Part shown: in pieces, positions 16,097 through 25,800 of the stretch
How the letters are laid out: every line of letters starts with the position of its first letter
How positions within the stretch are numbered: the stretch's first letter is position 1
Source of the DNA: Azolla caroliniana
Taxonomy: Eukaryota > Plantae > Polypodiophyta
Direction: 5' to 3'
DNA length: 64,000 nt
Assembly: GCA_043228905.1 (NCBI GenBank)
Contig: JBHGNT010000004.1
Location: 2,976,001-3,040,000, forward strand
The notes under the pieces: model-generated
What the model was told of the DNA's origin: nothing
The model's database searches: none
Seen by the model: the letters and a program-made list of their open reading frames with translations, nothing else
Made by a program: the position numbers and the translations under genes

Positions 16097-18325
16097 TCAT
16101 ATGCCTAAATTTGACCATTTGTGACAATCACTCATCACAGCATACCATGAGGTAACATGAGTTGAAAACGGCATCTCATTGACTACAACTACTGCCTTAT
16201 CAACCTGTCCTGCACGACCAAAAAGATCAACGATGCAAACATGGTGTTCCAAGGTTGACATAATCCCATAATTTCCATTTAACATAATTTCAAAACAAAA
16301 CTGAGCCTCGTCTAGAAGCCCTGCATTGTTGCAACTAACAAGCAACAAAGTAAAGGTAGTTGGGTCTGGTATTAAACCTCCTGTTATTAATTTGTTGAAT
16401 AAACTGACTACAAGTTCATACTTACCAAGATAGGCATTTCCAGAAATTAAAGTATTCCATGATACTAGGTCTCGACATGGCAATTTGTCGAATAAGTTGT
16501 GTGCTTTCTCAATGAAACCAGTTTTAGCATACATATCTAGCACAGAATTGGCAAGTACTATGTCTGTTTTCAAGAAGTCACATTGGTCGATTTCAGAGAA
16601 CATTGTATGACCTTTTTCTGCTGTTCCAATGACTCCACATGCCTTCAAAATGGATGAATATGTAGCAGCATTTGGATTGTGACCCTTGTGTAGCATCTTC
16701 TCAAAGAGATCGATCGCTTCTTCATAACACCCATTTTGGACATGCCCTGCAATCAGTGTAGTCCACAAAGTCACATCTCGAAGGGCAGGCTTATTAAATA
16801 CCTCTTTGGCAAGCTCAATCATGTTGCATCTGGCGTACATATATACCAATGCCCCAACAATGAGGCTATTTTCCTCCAGTACCAAATCTCTACGAATCTG
16901 ACCATGTATTTCTAGGCCCTTGTCTAAGGCTCTGACAATGCCACATGCTTTTAAGGCACAAACCAAACTAACTGCATTGGGAGAAACTTGATGCGCTTGC
17001 ATCTGATCAAAACAGCTTAGTGCTTCAAGACCATAGCCATGTTGGACATATCCAGCTATTAAGGTTGTCCAAGATATCACATTTCGCATAGAAAGCTTTT
17101 GAAATACCTCTTCTGCCTTTCTAAGAAGTCCACATTTGGCATACATGTCCACTAAAGCATTTCCAACCACAATATTATTTTGTAATAAATGTTCTTTCTC
17201 AATCTGTTTCTGGATTTCTTGACCTACATTTAAAGCTCCTATATTGCCACATGCCTTCAAGATGCAGACAAATGTAACCACGCTAGGAGTGGTGCCATAG
17301 TTTTGCATCTCTCTGTAACATCGGAGAGCTGCCTCACTGTTTCCATGTTGGGTGTATCCTGATATTAATGACGTCCAAGATTCTAAAGGCTTGACTTGAA
17401 GATTGTCAAAAACTTTTTGAGCTTTTGGAAGTGCACCACATTTGGCATACATGTGGACTAAGGAGTTGGCAAGCACTACATCTTTCTTCAGCAATCCATA
17501 TTTCAAAATCCTATGATGTATTTCCTCACCCACTTCCAGTGCTCCTATGCTACCGCATGCTTTTAAGATACATGCATAAGTAACTCCATTAGGAGAGTAT
17601 CCAGCACTTAACATCTGCTGAAATCGATTTAAAGCTACTTGACCATGGCCATGTTGAACATACGCTGAAATCAATACCGTCCATGATGCAACACTCTGAA
17701 TCGGAAGGCTATCGAATACGTTTTGTGCCTTTTCAAGCTTATCACACTTAGCATACATATCCATTAAAGTATTCCCTATTGCCGGATTCATTCTCAGCAT
17801 TCCTTTTTCAACAATGTCCAGGTGTAATCTGCTGCCTCTAATAAGATCTTTTCTTTTAGCACATTGCCGGAGTAAGGCCACAACTTCATGTATCTCATCA
17901 TCGGTGCTCTTATCGACTATCCTTTGTTCTTTCTTTACTCCATTGTGCTGCATTCCATTTTCTATTTCATCATTGCTCTTATGGACCTTTCCCTTTCCTT
18001 TCTCTACCCTGCCATGGCCATTCACTATTTCATCACAGTTCTCATCTACTATTCCAGTTCCTTTTTCTATACCAACATTGAGCTGCATCTCATTTGCAAT
18101 TTCATCTCTGCTCTTATTGACTATTCCCATTCCTTTCTCTAGAACATCATTGTACTGCATCTCATTGGCTATTTTAGCATTGTTCTTATCGACTGTTCCC
18201 ACTCCTTTCTCTAGAAAAACATTGCATTGCATTCCATTTTCTATCTCATCACTGTTTTTACAGATTAAATCCTTGCCTTTCTTTATACCAACATTACACT
18301 GAATTCCCTTTATTATTGATGCCAT
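16097..18325 (-). CDS. Intronless PLS-class pentatricopeptide repeat protein with N-terminal 24-aa repeats and a truncated E domain
   Basis: Recurring P-L-S triplets are present (e.g. WTTLIAGYVQHG, PNAVSLVCALKACG, VVGNALVDMYAKCG), followed by HHVCIVDLFGRAG and MPF..VTSWYAVMSDC. The frame is open from 18556. The ATG at 18325 (MASIIK) is taken as the likely start; the ATG at 18556 is the alternative. Confidence 0.92.
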   Translation of the reverse strand: MASIIKGIQCNVGIKKGKDLICKNSDEIENGMQCNVFLEKGVGTVDKNNAKIANEMQYNDVLEKGMGIVNKSRDEIANEMQLNVGIEKGTGIVDENCDEIVNGHGRVEKGKGKVHKSNDEIENGMQHNGVKKEQRIVDKSTDDEIHEVVALLRQCAKRKDLIRGSRLHLDIVEKGMLRMNPAIGNTLMDMYAKCDKLEKAQNVFDSLPIQSVASWTVLISAYVQHGHGQVALNRFQQMLSAGYSPNGVTYACILKACGSIGALEVGEEIHHRILKYGLLKKDVVLANSLVHMYAKCGALPKAQKVFDNLQVKPLESWTSLISGYTQHGNSEAALRCYREMQNYGTTPSVVTFVCILKACGNIGALNVGQEIQKQIEKEHLLQNNIVVGNALVDMYAKCGLLRKAEEVFQKLSMRNVISWTTLIAGYVQHGYGLEALSCFDQMQAHQVSPNAVSLVCALKACGIVRALDKGLEIHGQIRRDLVLEENSLIVGALVYMYARCNMIELAKEVFNKPALRDVTLWTTLIAGHVQNGCYEEAIDLFEKMLHKGHNPNAATYSSILKACGVIGTAEKGHTMFSEIDQCDFLKTDIVLANSVLDMYAKTGFIEKAHNLFDKLPCRDLVSWNTLISGNAYLGKYELVVSLFNKLITGGLIPDPTTFTLLLVSCNNAGLLDEAQFCFEIMLNGNYGIMSTLEHHVCIVDLFGRAGQVDKAVVVVNEMPFSTHVTSWYAVMSDCHKWSNLGI

Positions 18326-18812
18326 TCCCCGACACTTTGGGACAAACCAGCTGGAGATTAATGAAACCGAATTAAATGAAACCAGCCCTGGATTGAACAA
18401 AACGGAATCAACAGAGCCAGCGTAATGCAACCACACCTGCTGAGAATAGAAGCACTTTGCAGTCTTGCCAGCGAATGTAACCAAGAAGAAACAGCTGATC
18501 TGTGGTAACCTCCATGTACATGGGCGAGCTGAGCTGGGTAGATTCAGATATTTCATACTCTACAAATGTACAGCCCCACACAACCCTGCTCGGATCAGGG
18601 CTTCGTGAGCTTTTCCATCAAATCAGGGATGCAATATACATGAGGGAGAATCACGCAGAGTTGGAATTCTGCCTGCAGGGAATCTCTGATGGTGATTGAT
18701 TCATGGCAGGACGGGGCCACGACCCCATGGCTGACTGATAGTGTGCCCTCCCCTGTTCCGGAGGGTTCTAAGCGTGTTGTGGACACTGCCCACCCGGTTA
18801 TGTATGTATGTG

Positions 18813-19327
18813 TGGGCACGGTTTCGGCTAGAAACCGAACCGAACCGTTAAGCCATGGGTTAAACGGTTTATTGGTTCCAAAAAGCTTTAATGGTTTGGT
18901 TTGGTTTGGATTTTCGATAAATGATTTGGTTCGGTTCTAAAACCCGAGTTTAAAGGTTTTTTGTTAACTTTTTTCTTTTACCTTAATAATTTATTAATTT
19001 AATGGTTTTTTATTGATTGAATTTATTTAACTTAAATGTTTATTTAATTTAATGGTTCAATTAAAGTTTTTTCTATTGATTTAATATATTTAATTTAATA
19101 TATTTTTGTTTATTTAAATGTTTAATTAGTTTGACTAAAATGGTGAGGTTTAAGTTTTTTATTAAATAGTTCGGTTTGGTTTCAACTTTTCCCTAAACGG
19201 TTTGGGTTTACTTTTTCTTAAATGGTTTGGTTTAAATACGCGAGAGTTCATAAATGGTTTGGTTTGGTTTTTGTTTTATATAAATGGTTCAGTTCGGTTT
19301 CTTTGCCTTGAAACGAAACCGTGCCCA
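18813..19327. mobile_element. Non-autonomous TIR element (AACCG-rich MITE-like), copy 1
   Basis: It has a 14-bp terminal inverted repeat TGGGCACGGTTTCG...CGAAACCGTGCCCA, subterminal AACCG/CGGTT arrays and an AT-rich core. Confidence 0.8.
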
Positions 19328-19409
19328 TGCTAAATATAAGGATAGTGGCCACATGCCATATTTAGGCTATTCTGGTAGTTTTGCTAATCCCCCAATTTGG
19401 CTTCACAAC

Positions 19410-19635
19410 ATGTCTCCCCAACCGTCTTCGGCTTCAATTATCAATAGAACCTTCACTGAGAGAGGGGCTCTAATCAGTTTTATCAAGGACCATTTCTATG
19501 CTCAAAATATAATTGTTGTGGTGGATAAGCATAATGACAATAGAAAAGTCACTTTCAAGTGCTACTATGGGGGAAAATATTGCAACCCTCTAAGCTTGAC
19601 TGACAATACTCGCAAAAGACAAACAAGGACTCGTC
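19410..19635 (+). mobile_element. MULE/FAR1-like transposase N-terminal fragment
   Basis: NRTFTERGALISFIKDHFYAQNIIVVVDKHNDNRKVTFKCYYGGKYCNPL...RKRQTRTR resembles the FAR1-type DNA-binding domain of Mutator transposases. It is truncated before the GCPF motif. Confidence 0.6.
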
Positions 19636-20419
19636 CGCCGCTGCTTCCCTACCCACACCTCCTCCTCCTCCTCCTCCAGTGGCGGCACCCAGCAGCCACC
19701 ACCGACCCTCCCCATCGCCTAAGACATCATGTAAAAGAAAAAGGAATCCACAGTATTGATTGGAAACTTGAGGAAGAAGAAGAAGAAAGAGAAAGAAGGA
19801 AGAGTAACTACGCCTCTTTTTTTTTTGGGGGGGGGGGGGGGGGGGGCAAATAGCCCATTCCAATAAATATTGTGTTAATGTTTTTACAATTAAGTATGAA
19901 GAAAAGGTTATTTTTTTGGAAAAAAAGGGGAAATGTTTTTGGAAAATATAAGGTTATTCTTTTGGGAAAAAATATTATTTTATTGGAAAAATGGTTAATA
20001 AAAAATTAAGTTTTAACTTAAAACATTAAAATCAAACCTAGAGTTTACACTCTTGAGTATTTAATAAAGGTTCTTGTTTAAATTTTAAATCAAATAATAT
20101 TTAAACTTTGGACATATCATCATCAAGACCTAAATGGAACTACCAAGCACCTAGATGGCAGTTTACGCCAATGACTTCCATTAGTGACCACTACCAAGAG
20201 CTGTAAATATGTATAGTTGTGTTACAATTCTAGTTACCATGTAAAAAGAGTTAACAAGATACTTTTGTTGTAAAAAGAGTGAGTTTTGCTGAAATTTGTT
20301 GGTCTTTGATGTACTTTGTTTGCTAACCTAATGCGAAGTAATGTTTTTTTGGGAAAAAAAATTAAAAAAATTGTTAGTAAAGAATAAAGATTTAAATATA
20401 TATATCATTATTACTGTGT

Positions 20420-20912
20420 ACGCACGGTTTTTGTTAGAAACCGAACCGAACCGTTAGCCATGGTTAAACGGTTTATTGGTTCTAAAAAACTTTAGTGGTT
20501 TGGTTTGGTTTGGATTTTCGATAAATTGTTCGGTTCGATTCTAAAACCTGGGTTTATAGGTTTGGTTTAAAGGTTTTTTGTTTGTACCTTAATAATTTAT
20601 TAATTTAATGGTTTAATTAATGGTTTTTTATTGATTTAATTTATTTAACTTAAATGTTTATTTAATTTAATGGTTCAATTAAAGTTTCTTCTATTGATTT
20701 AATCAATTTAATTTAATGTATTTTTGTTTATTTAAATGTTTAATTAGTTGACTTATATGGTTAGGTTTAAATTTTTTATTAAATAGTTCAGTTTGGTTTC
20801 AACTTTTCCCTAAACGGTTTGGGTTTAAATGGTTTGGTTTAAATACTTCAGAGTTCATAAACGGTTTGGTTTAGTTTTTTGTTTATATAAACGGTTCGGT
20901 TCGGTTTCTTTG
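20420..20912. mobile_element. AACCG-rich MITE-like element, copy 2 (direct repeat of 18813-19327)
   Basis: It is colinear and highly similar to copy 1 (GCACGGTTT..TAGAAACCGAACCGAACCGTTA..CCATGG..TTCGGTTTCTTTG). The right TIR is degraded. Confidence 0.85.
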
Positions 20913-20964
20913 TCCATTGCTAATTATTACATATAATATAAGTTAAAAAAACATGTTATAAAAA

Positions 20965-21066
20965 GAAAATTGGTAAATTCACAGTTTTTTTGGGGGGATG
21001 GAATCTGGCTATCATTTGTAATCATATTTCTGAACTCAATAAAAAACTGTGAATTTACCAATTTCC
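20965..21066. mobile_element. Very small MITE (about 102 bp)
   Basis: Inverted arms AAATTGGTAAATTCACAGTTTTTT and AAAAAACTGTGAATTTACCAATTT are flanked on both sides by TATAAAAA (20957-20964 and 21067-21074). Confidence 0.7.
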
Positions 21067-21160
21067 TATAAAAATGCATATAATATAAATATATTATTGT
21101 ACACACTTCATAGTACACTACATACATATATTTATATGATAATATGTGACATATATATAA

Positions 21161-21473
21161 GGGAAAAGTACCAGGATACCCCTGGAAGTTCGTCTATTTA
21201 CCAAAATGCCCCCCGAAGTTCCAAATTTACTAAACTACCCCTATGTCCAAAAAACTACACTTTATAAAGTAATTATACACTCATATCTACAAGCCCTATT
21301 TACCAAAGATGGAAGAAATGGACCCGAACTAGCCATATGTATCAAAGATTTGAGTGTATAATTCCTTTATAAAGTGTAATTTTTTGGACATAGGGGTACT
21401 TTGGTAAATTTGGAACTTCCAGGGGCATTCTGGTAAATAGACAAACTTCCAGGGGTATCTTGGTACTTTTCCC
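21161..21473. mobile_element. Mutator-like MITE (313 bp) with long TIRs and 9-bp TSD
   Basis: Inverted arms of about 125 bp start GGGAAAAGTACCA and end TGGTACTTTTCCC. TATATATAA is duplicated at 21152-21160 and 21474-21482. Confidence 0.9.
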
Positions 21474-22816
21474 TATATATAATATATAGCACATGGAACA
21501 TAAAATTTTAGCATTACATTTGACATGTATAATTTTTAGGGGCCTTTCACTTGACGAACATTTTTAATAAGTGTATGTTTTTTACGAGGAAAATGGCCTT
21601 TGACGGGCATGACACCCGTCATATTTTTGCCCTGGTTCTATGTTGTGTTTAAAATGTTTCTAGGCATAATACACATACTAAAAAAAATGTTTCTAGCCAA
21701 GGTGAAATGTTTCAAGGCACCCAAGTGGGATTTGACTCCACCTTGGGTATATTTTTTTCTATTAGTCTAGATAGAGACTAGTCGTGAACATATAATACAA
21801 TATTTTGACATAAACTATGGAATATTTGGTAGAACACAACCTGGTTTTTAATCTATTGCTTACCTAAACATGATTATGTTGGGGAATATTCCACAATATT
21901 CATTATTCATTGGTAACACCATATAATATATCTATCATCGTCTTTATTTGTATGTCTGTCATAATCTTCAATAGACCGTCATATCATATAATTAACTATT
22001 CTTGTGATAGAACCTATTATTGTTGAGCACCCTATTCTTGTAATTGAATATTCTAATTGAGCTAAATCCATCTCCAAGAAGTCATAGCATCACAAGTCTA
22101 ACCTATAGCATTAAGCTCAAAAGTCCAACAACACTGTTGATGACCCTTTTATTTGGGCAATTTCATATTAGTAAAACAGCAAGCATCATTGAGCACTGAC
22201 ATGACTCATGAGTCTATCGTGCCCTCAAAACATGCATGAATCCTTGCCCAGTAAAATTACATCATTGCACAGAACTTAGTGTGAAGCCTCATGGGGCATT
22301 AGACGTTCATATTAAATGTATAAAAGGTATACAATTAAGTACTCCTTCCCACTTACAAAACCGTATATATGCAATACTAATTTTTATTACCAATTATTTT
22401 TGACAGCAGAAGTTCTCTCAAATCTTATAGGTCATTTTGGCCTGTTTAGTACAATAATAGATGTTTTTGGTTCCCAATTAGACAGCCATTATTAAGCATA
22501 TAAGCTTGTCACACTTCGTGGGTAGTTCCAAGGAGTTGCCCCTTTGTTTTTATATACACCAAGGTGTACATTATTATATTATCCACAAAATAAGCCAGCA
22601 CATGGCGACCATTCATTAGGGCTTCACATCATCTTCCATTCCACAGAACTGTAACAATAGTTTGTGGATTCTTGTGAGCCCTACAACACCACAATACCGC
22701 AAAATTCCATCAAAACTTTTCATATTCTAAAACAAATCCCACAAAGCATTTCAACAAAAACTGCTAAAGTAAAATCATATTGAACAGCAAGTCATTTTGA
22801 AAGAAGACTAAATACC

Positions 22817-25800
22817 TTAACCAGTGTTTTGCATGCCAGCAGCAATTCCTTTCATGGTAAGAATTACAGTATCTTCAAGTCCGGGACCATATTCACTGGT
22901 TGGATTAAGAGAAACAAGCTCAGCTGCACTGTTTTTAGACTTTATGACAGTTGGTCCTGGACCAACATTACCCTCCCTTATCTTTTTTAGAGTGTATGCT
23001 TGCTGCAAATTCAAAGTAGTAATGAATGGATCCCTCAATGCCAAGCGTTGCTTTAAATATGGGTTACCCTCCAAAAGCTCCTTGTGTCCAGCCACCTATA
23101 ACGAAAATTACAATATTTACCATCAGGCACCCACAAGATAACGTAAGAATTGCTATTTAAGAAAACAGTACCTTGAGAAGTAGATCCTTTGTCTCCTCAT
23201 ATTTTGCTCGTAGCATCACACCAAAGAATTTCAGCTCATCACTGACTAGAAGCCTATCATAAATTGCAGCAATACGGGGATCTCCTTTTGCAAATACCAT
23301 CTCCACAAGATCAATTGTGACCCTAAAGAAAGGCCATTCATTGTACATCTCCTGCAGTATCTTCAGATTGTTCGGATCCTTCTGAATAACAAACTTGAAA
23401 GCTTCACCAAAACCAAGCCAGACTGGCAGGTGAAATCTTGTTTGTGTCCATGCAAAAATCCACGGAATAGCCCGCAGTGATTCAATGCCTCCACTGGGCT
23501 TGCGTTTTGATGGCCGACTACCTATGTTCATGCGCCCATATTCAAGCACAGGTGTTGCCTATAACAAATATTTAGATGGCATGTCACAAGAAAGATAAAC
23601 AAAACATCACACTATCTCCACACATTTCAATGCATCAAGGACACTTACAGATTGAAAATACTCGATGAACCTGGGCTCCTTGAATACAATTGAGCGATAC
23701 TCCTCAGTTGAAATCAAAGCCATCTCATCCATAAGAGCCCGCCATTCAGGCTTTGGCTTCACAGGAGGATGCATACCATGCTCAAGTGTTGCAGAAGTGA
23801 AACGTTGTAGTGTACGGAAGCAAAGATGCTCCTCACCAAATGACTGTTCAATAACTTCACCTTGGACAGTGACTCGTAATGACCCATGAATTGTGTCTGG
23901 TGGTTGAGACAAAATAGCAAGATGTGTAGGCCCTCCTCCCCTGCCCACAGTTCCTCCACGTCCATGAAACATATTCAACTTCACACCAAACTTCTTTGCA
24001 ACTTCAATAAGCTCCTCTTGGCTCTTGTAAAGCTGCCATGCAGCTGATAGTCTCCCAGCATCTTTCCCAGAATCAGAGTATCCAATCATAACCTCCTGCT
24101 TACCATTAATTCTATTTCTATACCAGTCAACTGAAAACAATCGGGTCAAAACAGCAGGAGCAGATTGTAGATCAGCTAATCTTTCGAAAAGAGGAACAAC
24201 ACGAAGAGGTTGAGTAACTCTGCATTCTCGCTGCAATAGCTCAACAGATAGAACATCAGATGGTGTCATGGCCATGGAGATAATATAAGCGCCAAAGGAA
24301 TCAGCAGGCAATTCCGATATCACATGAAATGTGTCTAGCACAGCTTTTATCTCATCTGTCTTGGGCAAGTCAGCACCAAATAATGGGCGTTTCCCCCTCA
24401 ACTCAGATAGCAACCACTCTTGGCGTTGCTCTTCAGACCATTCTTTATAAGAACCTATCCCCAAGTGATTTGTGATAGCATCCATAACATCGGTGTGTCT
24501 ATCAGACTCTTGCCGAATGTCTAATTTCACAAGACTTAAGCCAAAGCATGACACCTGGCGCATGAAATCAAGAAGGCTTCCATCTGCAATTGGCTTGTCA
24601 CCAGTGGAGCAAAGTGATCGATAGCAAAGCTCCAAAGGCTCGAGAAACTAAAAGTTTAAACAAAATAAACATGTCTAAGTAGATATATTGACACACACAA
24701 ATTAAAATCAGATGATCATCCAAGAGAATGTAAACCTCGTCAACCGATGTAAAAATATCCTCTTCAGCTATGTCACTTTTCCCGAAAGCAAGAACCTCAC
24801 GCATATATTCCCTGGTATTATACAGTTTGTCTCTCACGTTTCCTAATACAACTCGGAAAGGCTCGTTTGGTGGAATCGGTTTCCAAAACTCTGAACAGAA
24901 CATATAATCAGAAGCTGAGTTATAAACTTTTTTCAGTGCCTAGTATTATATTTCTAGAATGCCCATACCCATGTAGTGTTTTGCGTCCTTCCGGTTAGAA
25001 GCCTCTATTTCCTGAACCTTGCCCCTGAGCTCTTCGCTACAACGCCACATAGACAGCTGCAACAAGTACACACATCAACATTGTGTATGTTTCATAAGAG
25101 TATCCAACTCAAGAGGGAGCTTAATTATGAAACACTGGGATTGTAAATATATCATGTAATGTAAGATGAATTTTCAAATATGCATGTGATTGACAGACCG
25201 TATAAGGTTTCCATACTAACCTCAAACATCAAATTTTCTATTTGAGAAAAATACAAATTCGCAGCCATCAGCCTTGCTAGCAAACACACATCCCGAGTCA
25301 CCTCAGGTGTTACACGAGGATTTCCTAGATAGACACAGATAAAACAACCATCAAGTAATGCTAAATTTCTTCAAAACGAAATGTAGAATGGAAGAGTAAA
25401 CCTCAACAACAAAATTTAATATACCATCTCTGTCACCTCCCATCCAGGAAGAGAATTGGATAAGAGGCACATTATAAGGTAGCCTCTCTTCAACTCCAAT
25501 GTTGCTAAGTGCAGTATCTACACGACGCAAAAACTTGGGTAACCCATTCCATATAGTCTCATGGAAATAACTCATACCAGCCCGCATCTCATCCTGAGGA
25601 GCAGGTGGAGTGCGTCTGATTTCATCTGTCCTAAATGCTGCATGAATCTACAAAAACATAAATAAAGAGTGTTAGTGTGGTGATCACTATTTCAATTTCT
25701 GCAGAGAAGCATGGACACTTCTTTAAATTTCTAGAACAAGAAACTCCCTTAAAAAAATGTGGCAATAGAAATCACTACATTCCCAGTCATATGTAATCTT

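Noticed and set aside
17814-18302. 162-aa plus-strand ORF with repeats
   Set aside because: It is the antisense shadow of the PPR N-terminal repeat and has no independent coding evidence.
18813-20912. Paired direct repeats as the LTRs of a retrotransposon
   Set aside because: The repeat has its own TIRs and AACCG arrays, no PBS or PPT is evident, and the interior is MULE-like rather than gag/pol.
21716-21750. tRNA T-arm-like hairpin ACCCAAG...CTTGGGT
   Set aside because: It is too short and no D-arm or anticodon arm is recognisable.
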